Of a DNA stretch of 64,000 nt, positions 51,766 to 60,688 are shown piece after piece. The notes beneath the pieces are model-generated. The model was not told the origin of the DNA, did not search any database, and was given only the letters and a program-made list of their open reading frames with translations. The position numbers and the translations under genes were made by a program. Each line of letters opens with the position of its first letter. The stretch's first letter is position 1. The stretch covers positions 68,498 to 132,497 of the forward strand of contig JBPYFL010000084.1 of the NCBI GenBank assembly GCA_051986485.1, read 5' to 3'. Origin of the DNA: Streptosporangiaceae bacterium. GTDB lineage: Bacteria; Actinomycetota; Actinomycetes; Streptosporangiales; Streptosporangiaceae.

Positions 51766-52268
51766 ACGTCACCGTCACCGTCAACGGCAAGAAGGTCGCG
51801 GCGGACGTGCCCGACCGCACCTTGCTGGTTCATTTCGTGCGCGACACCGCCGGCCTGACCGCGACGAACGTGGGGTGCGACACGACGTCGTGCGGCGCGT
51901 GCACGGTCCTGCTCGACGGCGAATCGGTGAAGTCGTGCACGATGCTGGCCGCGCAGGCGGACGGCCGCGAGGTCACCACGCTGGAGGGCCTGGGTGACGG
52001 GAGCACCGACCCGGACAGCTGGCATCCGGTGCAGCGCGCTTTTCACACCGAGCACGGGCTGCAGTGCGGTTTCTGCACGCCGGGCATGGTGATGGCCGCG
52101 GTGTCGCTGCTGGAGGAGAACCCGGCGCCGACCGAGGAGCAGATCAGGACCGGCCTGGAGGGCAACCTGTGCCGGTGCACCGGATATCACAACATCGTCC
52201 GGGCCGTTCAGGCCGCGGCCGCTGAGCGGTCCGGCGCGCAGACGGCCGGCGCCGCAGGGAATTCATAA
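51762..52268 (+). CDS. (2Fe-2S)-binding small subunit (CoxS-like)
   Basis: The GTG start overlaps the large-subunit stop (GTGA) and follows an AAGGAGG RBS. Cysteine patterns CGACTV and [10 protein letters not shown]...CRCTGY are present. Confidence 0.8.
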   Translation: MNVTVTVNGKKVAADVPDRTLLVHFVRDTAGLTATNVGCDTTSCGACTVLLDGESVKSCTMLAAQADGREVTTLEGLGDGSTDPDSWHPVQRAFHTEHGLQCGFCTPGMVMAAVSLLEENPAPTEEQIRTGLEGNLCRCTGYHNIVRAVQAAAAERSGAQTAGAAGNS

Positions 52269-52304
52269 CGGCGTGGCGGCAGGACGTTCACGGAAGGTGG
52301 CGCA

Positions 52305-53126
52305 TTGATCCCCGCATCCTTTACCTACCGCCGGGCCGGGTCGGTCGCCGAGGCGCTGGAGCTGGTCGGCAAGCATGGCGATGACGCGAAGTTCCTGGCC
52401 GGCGGGCATTCGCTGCTTCCGTTGATGAAGCTGCGCCTTGCCCTGCCGGAGGTCGTCATCGACATCGGCCGGCTGCGCGACCTCTCCTACATCCGGGACG
52501 AGGGCGGCCATGTGGCGATCGGGGCCCTCACCCGGCACCACGACGTGCAGCACTCCGACCTCCTGGCCCGCGAGGTCCCGTTGCTCGCGCACGCGGCCGG
52601 GCACGTCGGCGACCCGCAGGTGCGGCACTGCGGAACGATCGGCGGGTCGATCGCGCATGCGGATCCGGCGTCCGACCTGCCCGCGGTCGTGCTCGCGCTG
52701 GACAGCACCCTGGTCGCGACCGGCCCGTCCGGCACCCGGGAGATCCCGGCGACGGACTTCTTCCGCGGGATGCTGGAGAGCGCGCTGGAGCCCGATGAGC
52801 TGCTCACCGAGGTCCGGGTGCCCAAGCCGGCCTCGCCGCCCGCCTGGTCGTTCCAGAAGTTCAACAAGCGCGCGTTCGACTGGGCCATCGTCGGGGTGGC
52901 GGTGCAGGGCAGTTCCGTGGCCCTGGTGAACATGAGCGAGGTCCCGCTGCGGGCCGCCGCCGTGGAACGGGCCCTGGCCGCCGGCGCCGCCCCGGTGGAG
53001 GCGGCCGCGCACGCCGCCGAGGGGACACACCCGGCTTCGGACGTCAATGCGGCTGGGGAATACCGGGAGCACCTCGCCCGCGTCCTCGTCGGGCGCGCCC
53101 TGCAGGAGGCCCAGGCCCGCGCCTGA
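52305..53126 (+). CDS. FAD-binding medium subunit (CoxM-like)
   Basis: TTG start after a GGAAGGTGG RBS. FAD-binding motifs AGGHSLLP and GTIGGSIAHADPASD are present. Confidence 0.8.
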   Translation: MIPASFTYRRAGSVAEALELVGKHGDDAKFLAGGHSLLPLMKLRLALPEVVIDIGRLRDLSYIRDEGGHVAIGALTRHHDVQHSDLLAREVPLLAHAAGHVGDPQVRHCGTIGGSIAHADPASDLPAVVLALDSTLVATGPSGTREIPATDFFRGMLESALEPDELLTEVRVPKPASPPAWSFQKFNKRAFDWAIVGVAVQGSSVALVNMSEVPLRAAAVERALAAGAAPVEAAAHAAEGTHPASDVNAAGEYREHLARVLVGRALQEAQARA

Positions 53127-53134
53127 GCCGCGGC

Positions 53135-53686
53135 TCAGGGCGAGCGATGCCCACCGGTGTGGGTGGCGTGAGCCCGGCGGGCCGCCGTGATCGCGATCGC
53201 CACCGCGGTCGCGATCACCATCGCGAGGAACCCGCCGGCCAGCCACTGCGCCGCGCTGGTGAGCAGCCCGGTGCGGGATGAGGTGGCGGCGGGGTCGCGG
53301 ATAATCCCGGCTATCGGCGCGGTCACCAGGTAGGCGAGAGCCGGCACCGGGATGATCACGTGGGCTGCGCGGGGCGCGACGATGAGACCGGCCGCGATGG
53401 TCCCGGCGAACACGAAGCCGCCGATGATGGGGCCCGGGTCCCTGCGGGTCGCGATCGTGACCGCAGCGCCGACCAGCGCGAAGGCGGCCACGATGAGAAC
53501 CCCGAGGCCCCCGGACCGCGTACCCCGCCAGCGCCCGATCCGCTGCGGCGCCGCCCGCCGTCCACGACCCGCGTGGGCCGGGTAACGGCCAGCGTCGTCC
53601 CAGCCGGCCCGGGACGTGCCGGGGCCGGGCGCCGCCTCGCGATCATAGAGCGGGCGCGTATACGCGTCGTCTCGTGCTTCGGCCAT
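53135..53686 (-). CDS. Hypothetical polytopic membrane protein
   Basis: 183 aa from the internal ATG, with four or five predicted TM helices and an Arg/Gly-rich N-terminus. No family assigned. Confidence 0.35.
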   Translation of the reverse strand: MAEARDDAYTRPLYDREAAPGPGTSRAGWDDAGRYPAHAGRGRRAAPQRIGRWRGTRSGGLGVLIVAAFALVGAAVTIATRRDPGPIIGGFVFAGTIAAGLIVAPRAAHVIIPVPALAYLVTAPIAGIIRDPAATSSRTGLLTSAAQWLAGGFLAMVIATAVAIAITAARRAHATHTGGHRSP

Positions 53687-53832
53687 TTGTTGCCTGATAT
53701 TAGCCGTTGCGTCTATTCCTGGCCTAGAGCGCAGGTAGTCTTCCCGGCGAGGGCGGCAGGCCGGCCCTGGTGGCTGCGGTAATGTGACGCGCGCCACGGG
53801 GAAAGAGGCCTGATCGGATCCGGAGGGATGCG

Positions 53833-55320
53833 ATGCGCGGGACGGGCACCGGTCCGGGACCGCGCGGTAGCGCTGCGAAAGCGTGGTATTCGCTGAGCTG
53901 CGTGGCTGCCGCGCTGGTTCTCGTGGCCAGCGGTTTCTCCTATTATCTGGTTCGCGTTGTGGGCAGCATCGGCGGATCGCACGCCATCGCCGGAGGCCCA
54001 TCGACCGGTCCGCAGAACATCCTGCTGATGGGGCTGGAAAGCCGCCGGGACTGGAATGGGAACGTCCTCCCGGACAACATCCTGAACGCGCTGCACGCCG
54101 GAAGCAGGCAGGGCGTCCAGAACGGGGTCGGCGGAAACGACACGAATACGCTCATCCTCATCCACATACCCGCAGGCGGGAAAAAAGCAGTCGGTTTCTC
54201 CATTCCTCGTGACGACTGGGTTGATTTCGGCGGCACGGTGGGGCCGCAGCAGCAGGGCAAGGTCGATCAGGCGTACGGCGTGAGCATGTACTACGAGCAG
54301 CAGAACCTGGAGCAGAGTAATCCGCATATCAGCCAGAATCAGCTGGCGTTCCAGGGCAACGAGGCCGGCCGCGCGGCCGCCGTGGCGACCGTGGAGAAGC
54401 TCACCGGCGTGCATATCGACCACTTCGCCGAGGTGAACCTGGACGGGTTCTACGAGCTCGCGAAGGTGCTTGGCGGCGTGCAGGTGTGCCTCAAGCAGGC
54501 CACCTCTGATGTCAACTCCGGCGCGGATTTCCGCGCGGGTTCCCAGCACCTCAACGCGTCCCAGGCACTGGCGTTCGTCCGTCAGCGTGACAACCTGCCC
54601 AACGGCGACCTGGACCGGACACACCGCCAGCAGGCGTTCGTCGACTCGGTGCTGCAGCAACTGCGCGGCGAAGGGGTTATCGGTGACCTGTCGAAGTCGC
54701 AGGCGCTGCTGTCCACCGCGCAGCGGTACGTGATCACCGACTCGTCCTGGAACCTGCTGGATTTCGCGGATCAGATGCGCGACCTGACCGGGCGGAACGT
54801 CATGTTCAGCACGCTGCCGATCCAGGGTTATGAGACCATCGACGGCCAGTCCGCGAACCAGGTTGACCCGGCCACCATCCAGCAGGACGTCCACAATGCG
54901 TTCTACCCGCCGCCCAGCCACGCCCGCGGCCACCAGACAGCGCCCCCGGCGGCCTCGACGACCGTGGACGTCTTCAACGGCGGCGGCACGGCCGGCCTCG
55001 CCGCCCAGGTCTCTAAGGCGCTCACCAAGGTGGGCTACCGGGCAGGCGAGGTGGCGAACGCCAGCCCCCGCAGCACAACCGTTGTCGCCTACGGCGCGGG
55101 TGCGGCAGCGAACGGCTCCAAGATCGCCAAGATGTTCGGGGTCACCGCCGCCGCGAACAGGGCCGTGCCCGCCGGCAACGTCGAGGTCGTGCTCGGCTCC
55201 GACGCGACCGTGCCCGATGTCGCCCCGCCGACCGCATCCCCCTCGCCGTCCGCCACCCCCACCCCCGGGCCGGAAGGCGGCGCGGTCAATGCCGGTAACG
55301 GCATCCCGTGTGTGAACTGA
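53833..55320 (+). CDS. LCP family protein with C-terminal LytR_C domain
   Basis: TM (LSCVAAALVLVASGF) is followed by the LCP domain (LILIHIPAGGKKAVGFSIPRDDWVDF). The C-terminal LytR_C-like segment reads TTVDVFNGGGTAGLAAQVSKALTKVGYRAGEVANA. Confidence 0.8.
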   Translation: MRGTGTGPGPRGSAAKAWYSLSCVAAALVLVASGFSYYLVRVVGSIGGSHAIAGGPSTGPQNILLMGLESRRDWNGNVLPDNILNALHAGSRQGVQNGVGGNDTNTLILIHIPAGGKKAVGFSIPRDDWVDFGGTVGPQQQGKVDQAYGVSMYYEQQNLEQSNPHISQNQLAFQGNEAGRAAAVATVEKLTGVHIDHFAEVNLDGFYELAKVLGGVQVCLKQATSDVNSGADFRAGSQHLNASQALAFVRQRDNLPNGDLDRTHRQQAFVDSVLQQLRGEGVIGDLSKSQALLSTAQRYVITDSSWNLLDFADQMRDLTGRNVMFSTLPIQGYETIDGQSANQVDPATIQQDVHNAFYPPPSHARGHQTAPPAASTTVDVFNGGGTAGLAAQVSKALTKVGYRAGEVANASPRSTTVVAYGAGAAANGSKIAKMFGVTAAANRAVPAGNVEVVLGSDATVPDVAPPTASPSPSATPTPGPEGGAVNAGNGIPCVN

Positions 55321-55479
55321 GCTCAGAAGGGTCCCCCATGCCGGACAACGAGAACACGGCGCAGGACAGTGACACCACCGCACCGGACACATGGGCCGGC
55401 TCCACGAATGATCTCGCCACCGAGCCCCACGGGTGGCTGGACATCACCGCGCCACCTGACCTTCGCAGGACAGGCGCGG

Positions 55480-56259
55480 TCATGCGGTGAGCCCGGCGTC
55501 CGCGGGGATCACGGCGCCGGTCATCGCTGTTGCGGCAGGCCCGCACAGCCAGGCGACAACCGCGGCCACCTCGCCGGGTTCGAGCAACCGCCGCAACGTC
55601 GCCTGCGCGGCGAAATCCTCCTGACCGGGCAGGCCGTACACGTCGGCGCTGGCGGCCAGCATGGCGCCGCGGGTTGAGCCCGGGCACACGGCATTCGCGG
55701 TCACGCCGGTTCCGGCGAGGTCGGCCGCGAGTGCCCGGACGTAGCTGACGACCGCCCCCTTGGCGGCCGAATAGGCGGCGAGCTGCGGCATCGCCCGCAG
55801 CGCCGCTGCCGACGCGACCGCGACGAACCGGCCGTCACCCGAGGAGATCATCGGCGGCACGCAGACATCGGCGAGGTGCCGGACGCCGAACAGGTTCACC
55901 CGGAGCAGCCGCTCGAACGCGTCATCCGGGATCGCCCACGCCGGATGGCCCTGGATCAGCCCGGCCGCGGCGATGGCGGCAGACGGCGCGCGGCCGCGGA
56001 GTGCGGAGCGCAGCGCCTCCCGCGCCGCCGTGGCTCCCACGTCCGTGATCACCTGGTCCACCTCGGGCGCGCCCGCGACTGTGCAGTCATCCGCGACCGC
56101 GTCGAGGTCCGCGGGCCCCGGCATCGGGTAGTCCGCCGGCGGCTGCGGCGCGCACGCGTCGGCCAGCACCAGCGACCAGCCGTCCCGGGCGAGGTGCCGC
56201 GCGACCTCCGCACCGATCCCGCGTGCCGCCCCGGTGACGACCGCCAGCCGCCCGGTCAA
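55480..56259 (-). CDS. Mycofactocin-coupled SDR family oxidoreductase
   Basis: The Rossmann motif is VVTGAARGIGAEVA. The insertion ADACAPQPPADYPMPGPADLD resembles the TIGR03971-type segment of SDRs with tightly bound nicotinamide. The start overlaps the mftE stop by 4 bp. Confidence 0.65.
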   Translation of the reverse strand: MTGRLAVVTGAARGIGAEVARHLARDGWSLVLADACAPQPPADYPMPGPADLDAVADDCTVAGAPEVDQVITDVGATAAREALRSALRGRAPSAAIAAAGLIQGHPAWAIPDDAFERLLRVNLFGVRHLADVCVPPMISSGDGRFVAVASAAALRAMPQLAAYSAAKGAVVSYVRALAADLAGTGVTANAVCPGSTRGAMLAASADVYGLPGQEDFAAQATLRRLLEPGEVAAVVAWLCGPAATAMTGAVIPADAGLTA

Positions 56260-56960
56260 CTGGTGCTCCTTGATGCGGCTGCGGGAGTGCCTGACCTACC
56301 GGTCGATGCCCAGGCGTCCAGTTCCGCGGCCAGCCCAGCCGTGAGCTGGGCCAGCAGCCGCCCGCCCTCCGCGGCGCTGGCGCCCGAGGGGTCGCCCAGC
56401 ACGCCGTTCGCGCTGACCGCACGGACCCCGCGATCGCGCAGCAGCGGCATCAGCTCGCTGAGCGGCCGCTGGTCGCCGGGCGCCGCGGCGTCCATCCGCA
56501 CCTCTGCCGGGCAGAGCGCGAGCATGATGGACGTCTCGAACCGGCCCGCGTGCAGGTCACCGCCGGGCAGGCCGGCGTTCCAGGATCCGCACCGGCGGCC
56601 CTCGGCGCGCAGCCGGCTGACCGCCGCGGCGACCGCGTCCGCGTTCCCGCCGTGCCCGTTCACCAGCAGCATGCCCGGCCAGTGGGCGCTGGCGCTGCGG
56701 CCTAGCTCGATCAGGCAGCCGGTGAGCGCATCGGTGCCGATCGACAGGGTGCCGGCGAAGCCGGCGTGCTCGCCGCTCGCGCCGATGCCGATCGCCGGCG
56801 CGAGCGCAACACCCACGCGGCCCGCGCAGGCGCGCCGGGCGACCTCCGCCGCGATCCGGGTGTCGGTGTCCAGCGGCAGGTGCGGGCCGTGCTGCTCCAG
56901 CGATCCGACCGGGACGACGAGCAGGCGGCGGGGCGCGCCGTCCACCTCGGGCCAGCGCAT
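56256..56960 (-). CDS. mftE: Mycofactocin biosynthesis peptidyl-dipeptidase MftE (creatininase family)
   Basis: Creatininase-fold motifs are present (VVPVGSLEQHGPHLPLDTD, NGHGGN). The long ORF-track extension to 58235 is a read-through in another gene's antisense frame and was rejected. Confidence 0.8.
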   Translation of the reverse strand: MRWPEVDGAPRRLLVVPVGSLEQHGPHLPLDTDTRIAAEVARRACAGRVGVALAPAIGIGASGEHAGFAGTLSIGTDALTGCLIELGRSASAHWPGMLLVNGHGGNADAVAAAVSRLRAEGRRCGSWNAGLPGGDLHAGRFETSIMLALCPAEVRMDAAAPGDQRPLSELMPLLRDRGVRAVSANGVLGDPSGASAAEGGRLLAQLTAGLAAELDAWASTGRSGTPAAASRSTS

Positions 56961-57037
56961 CGCGGCAAGATCCGGGGCCCCGCCCCGCTCCGCTGCCCGC
57001 GGCTTGGGACCCGCCCGATGGTCCGGCGGTGCCTGCA

Positions 57038-58252
57038 CTACTTCTGCAGCCCCCGGCTGAACTCCTCGGGGACGATCACGTCGTCGGCGGTGAGCTCGTG
57101 CACCGAGGTTCGGCCGAGCGCGAGCAGCGCCGAATCGATCCCGCCGCGGAGGATGTCGAAGACGTTCTTCACCCCGGCGGACCCGCCGGCCGCCAGCCCC
57201 CACAGGTACGGGCGGCCGATCATCACCGCGCGGGCGCCGAGCGCCAGTGCTTTCACCACGTCGCCGCCGCGCCGGATTCCGCCGTCGAGCAGCACTTCCA
57301 CCTGGCCGCCGACCGCGTCGGCGACCGCTGGGAGGGCCCGGATCGTGGCGGGGGTTCCGTCCAGGTTGTTGCCGCCGTGGTTGGACACCGACACCGCGGT
57401 AGCCCCGGCGTCCACCGCCCGGCGCGCGTCGTCGGGCCGCATCACGCCCTTCACCAGGAACGGCCCACCCCATTGCTCGCGCAACCAGGCGATGTCCGAC
57501 CAGGTCGGCGGCGGGGTCTGCATCCACTGGCCGTAGGCGCCGAAGAAGGTCAGCGCGGGCCCACCGCCGGCCGCCGGCCCGGAACCGCCCGCGGGGCCGG
57601 CGGCTTCCATGTTGGGCACGGTGAGATCGGGGAGGCCGCCGGAGCGCAGGTAATCCAGCAGGTACCGGGGCCGGGTCAGCCCCTCGGGCGCGAGCTTCAG
57701 CATCGTCCGCAGGTCCATCCGCTCCGGGATCGCGGGGCTGCCCCAGTCCCGGCCGTTCGCGAAGCACCAGTCCAGCGTGACGATGAGGGCCTTGGCGCCG
57801 GCGTCGCGGGCGCGTTCGGCCCGGGCGAGGATGCTGTCGCGGTCGCCGCACCAGTACACCTGGAAGAACGTTTTCGGGTTGGCCGCCACCACGTCCTCGA
57901 CCGGCGTGCCGGCGAACGAGCTGAGCCCGACCGCGGTGCCCGCCTCGGCGGCGCCGCGCGCCACGCCGACCTCGCCGTCCGGGTGCACCGCCTGAACCCC
58001 GGTGGGGGAGGCGATCACCGGCAGCGAGATCTCCTGGCCGAGCACCGAGGTGGCCAGTTCCCGGCTCCCGGGAAGATCGGCGATCCGGGGCGGCGCGAAA
58101 CGCAGCTCGCCGAACGCCTCCACGTTGTCGCGCAGCGTCGCTCCGCTCTCGCTGCCGGCCACCAGCGCGAGATAGACGGATTTCGGCAGCCGCTTGCGGG
58201 CGCGCCGCTGCGCCTCCGCGACGGTCTCGAACCATTCACTGGTGCTGGCCAC
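57038..58252 (-). CDS. mftD: Mycofactocin biosynthesis FMN-dependent deaminase MftD (alpha-hydroxyacid oxidase family)
   Basis: The LldD-like FMN TIM-barrel carries SNHGG and an MftD-typical length of ~400 aa. Confidence 0.85.
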   Translation of the reverse strand: MASTSEWFETVAEAQRRARKRLPKSVYLALVAGSESGATLRDNVEAFGELRFAPPRIADLPGSRELATSVLGQEISLPVIASPTGVQAVHPDGEVGVARGAAEAGTAVGLSSFAGTPVEDVVAANPKTFFQVYWCGDRDSILARAERARDAGAKALIVTLDWCFANGRDWGSPAIPERMDLRTMLKLAPEGLTRPRYLLDYLRSGGLPDLTVPNMEAAGPAGGSGPAAGGGPALTFFGAYGQWMQTPPPTWSDIAWLREQWGGPFLVKGVMRPDDARRAVDAGATAVSVSNHGGNNLDGTPATIRALPAVADAVGGQVEVLLDGGIRRGGDVVKALALGARAVMIGRPYLWGLAAGGSAGVKNVFDILRGGIDSALLALGRTSVHELTADDVIVPEEFSRGLQK

Positions 58253-58284
58253 CGGGCCTCCTCGCTATGCCGCCCAGCCGTGCG

Positions 58285-59535
58285 CTAGCCGCGCCGGCCG
58301 AGCGTGACGAATACCGGCTCCCGCCGCGGAGCGGACACGGGACGCTGCGGCTTGGAATGACCACGGCCCGGATGCGGCACCACCACCGGTTCCAGCCGCA
58401 GCTCGCGCAGCTCCGCTAGCTCACGCAGGGCCGCCTCGCCGTGGCCGTGCACGCATTCGGGGTCCGGGCCGTCCAGCGGCAGGCCGGTAAAGAACTTGCT
58501 CGCCATGCAGCCGCCCCGGCAGGCGTCGTAGCTCCCGCACGAGGCGCACGCACCGGCGCTGTCCGGCTCCCGCAACTCGGTGAACAGCGCGGACTCACGC
58601 CAGACCCGGGTGAAACCGCCGTCGTCGCGGACCGAGCCGGCCCGGAACTGCTCGTGCAGCACGAACGGGCAGGCGTACACGTCGCCCACCGGGTCGACCA
58701 GGCAGACAACCCGGCCGGCCCCGCACAGGTTCAGCCCGGGCAGCGGCTCACCGAGGGCGGACAGGTGGAAGAACGAGTCGCCGGTGAGCACGCCGGGACG
58801 GTCAAGCAGCCAGGAGTGCAGCGCCCGCTGCTGGTCCTGGCTGGGGTGCAGGTCCGCCCAGGAGTCCGCGCCGCGCCCGGACGGCCGGAACCGGGTCAGC
58901 CGCAGCTGTGCGCCGTAGCCGTCGGCCAGCCGCTCGAAGTCGTCGAGCTGGGCAACGTTCTGCCGGGTCATCACGACGGAGATCTTGAACCCGCGGAACC
59001 CGGCCCCGGCGAGGTTGTCCATCGCCCGCCGGGCCGCGTTGTAGGAGCCGGGGCCGCGGACGGCGTCGTTGGTGGCGGCGTCCGCGCCGTCGATGCTGAC
59101 CTGGACATCGACGTAGTCCATGCCGGCCAGCCGGGCCGCGGCGGCCGGAGTCAGCATGGTGCCGTTGGTGGAGAACTTCACCCCCACCCCGCTGTCCACC
59201 GCGTAGCCGATCAGCTCGAAGAAGTCGGGGCGGATCATCGGCTCGCCGCCGCCGATGTTGACGTAGAAGACCTGCAGGTCATGTAGCTCGTCGATGACTC
59301 CGCGCGCCTCCGCCGTGGTCAGCTCGCGCGGATCACGGCGCCCGGAAGAGCTGAGGCAGTGCACGCACGCCAGGTTGCAGCCGTAGGTGAGCTCCCAGGT
59401 CAGGCAGATCGGCGCGGCCAGCCCGCCGGCCAGCTGGTCGGTCAGCCGCGGCGTCGTGGGCGCTGTCGCCGCTGCCGTCGGCCTCGCCGTCATTTCCGGC
59501 ATAACGGCGTCGCGGGGGGCCCGGTCACCGGACAC
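58285..59535 (-). CDS. mftC: Mycofactocin radical SAM maturase MftC (rSAM/SPASM)
   Basis: The CxxxCxxC cluster (YGCNLACVHC) and the SPASM cysteines (CGAG...CASCGSYDACRGGC) are present. An alternative ATG at 59502 would remove the 11-bp overlap with mftB. Confidence 0.9.
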   Translation of the reverse strand: MSGDRAPRDAVMPEMTARPTAAATAPTTPRLTDQLAGGLAAPICLTWELTYGCNLACVHCLSSSGRRDPRELTTAEARGVIDELHDLQVFYVNIGGGEPMIRPDFFELIGYAVDSGVGVKFSTNGTMLTPAAAARLAGMDYVDVQVSIDGADAATNDAVRGPGSYNAARRAMDNLAGAGFRGFKISVVMTRQNVAQLDDFERLADGYGAQLRLTRFRPSGRGADSWADLHPSQDQQRALHSWLLDRPGVLTGDSFFHLSALGEPLPGLNLCGAGRVVCLVDPVGDVYACPFVLHEQFRAGSVRDDGGFTRVWRESALFTELREPDSAGACASCGSYDACRGGCMASKFFTGLPLDGPDPECVHGHGEAALRELAELRELRLEPVVVPHPGRGHSKPQRPVSAPRREPVFVTLGRRG

Positions 59536-59788
59536 GTATCACCTCGGAGGTCAGCAGGTTGCCGAGTGCGTTCTGGTAGGACGCGCGGGACTGCCCGGGC
59601 ACGGACGCGGTCAGGGCGCGGTCCGCGTCTGGGTAGTCGGCCAGCGCCTCAACGAGGTCGGCCAGCGCGGGGGACCGGAGGAACACCAGCCGGCGGTTGC
59701 CGTAGTGGTAGGCCAGCCCGCCGAACGCCTCCCGGCGGATCGCCACCTGCGGGTGCTTCTCGTAGGCCAGCCCGGTGTCGAAGCTCAT
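59525..59788 (-). CDS. mftB: Mycofactocin chaperone MftB (PqqD family)
   Basis: 87 aa, with a LAYEKHPQVAIRREAFGGLAYHY N-terminal region. It sits between mftA and mftC. Confidence 0.85.
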   Translation of the reverse strand: MSFDTGLAYEKHPQVAIRREAFGGLAYHYGNRRLVFLRSPALADLVEALADYPDADRALTASVPGQSRASYQNALGNLLTSEVIRVR

Positions 59789-59797
59789 CGCCAGGCC

Positions 59798-59938
59798 TCA
59801 GTAGACGCCGCACATGCCGTCGATGGAGATCTCCTCGACGAGCAGTTCCTCGGCGGGCCCCGCCTCGGCCTGGGCCCCGGCGACCTGTGCCTCGGCGGCC
59901 TGGGCGTCCTCGGCGTGGGGGGTGTTCTCGGCTGCCAT
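59798..59938 (-). CDS. mftA: Mycofactocin precursor peptide MftA
   Basis: 46 aa ending ...EELLVEEISIDGMCGVY, the canonical IDGMCGVY C-terminus. An AGGAGG RBS precedes the start. It falls below the ORF-track size cutoff. Confidence 0.85.
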   Translation of the reverse strand: MAAENTPHAEDAQAAEAQVAGAQAEAGPAEELLVEEISIDGMCGVY

Positions 59939-60067
59939 CGGGTGCCTCCTGGGTCATCGGTCGCCACGCCGCAGGCGTTTTGCTGCTGGAATACGGGCAT
60001 GCCCGGCGATACGCTCATCACCATCTCATACGGTGGCACCGAGTGTCATCTGCAGGTGGGGCTTTCG

Positions 60068-60688
60068 ATGATGCGAACGGGACCGATGGAGGCCGCGGCA
60101 ACGGCGGGCTGGCCGCGGCGCAAGCAGCAGACCAGGGAACGGCTGGAGGAGACGTCGCTGCGGCTGTTCGCCGAGCGCGGCTTCGACCAGACCACGGTCG
60201 ATGACCTGGCGGCGGCCGCCGGGGTCGGACGCCGGACGATCTTCCGGTATTTCCGGTCCAAGAATGACATCGTGTTCGGCGCACTGGACGAGCGGCTGCG
60301 CCTGCTGGCTGCGGAACTGGAGGCGGGCCGCAGTGCGGGCCTGCCGCTGGTCGAGACGGTACGCGGGGCGTTCCACGCCACCAGCACCTACCAGCGATCG
60401 GAGCGGGAGTCCCTGGCGACACGGATATCCCTGATCAGCTCGGTCCCGTCGCTGCGGGCGCACGCGGCGCTGCGCTACCAGGAATGGGAGACGGTGGTGC
60501 GGGCGGCGGTGGAGCGGCGCTCCGGCGCCGGTGACGGCGTCTACGCCCGCGCCTGCGCGGCTGCGGTGGTGGGCGCGATGCGCGCGGCGTTTGAGATCTG
60601 GCTGGAGGCCGGGGCGGGCGACGACCTGGCGGAGACCATCGACTCCGCGCTGGATGTGCTCGCGTCCGGTCTGGCGGAGCCGCGGTGA
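60068..60688 (+). CDS. mftR: TetR-family mycofactocin system regulator MftR
   Basis: The HTH reads TVDDLAAAAGVGRRTIFRYFRSKNDIV. The gene is divergent from mftA and co-oriented with mftF, with a GTGA overlap. Confidence 0.75.
   Translation: MMRTGPMEAAATAGWPRRKQQTRERLEETSLRLFAERGFDQTTVDDLAAAAGVGRRTIFRYFRSKNDIVFGALDERLRLLAAELEAGRSAGLPLVETVRGAFHATSTYQRSERESLATRISLISSVPSLRAHAALRYQEWETVVRAAVERRSGAGDGVYARACAAAVVGAMRAAFEIWLEAGAGDDLAETIDSALDVLASGLAEPR

Noticed and set aside
56256-58235. 659-aa ORF apparently extending mftE far upstream
   Set aside because: Only the C-terminal 234 aa match the creatininase/MftE fold. The upstream portion is an Arg/Gly-rich read-through overlapping mftD in another frame. 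The start was reassigned to 56960.
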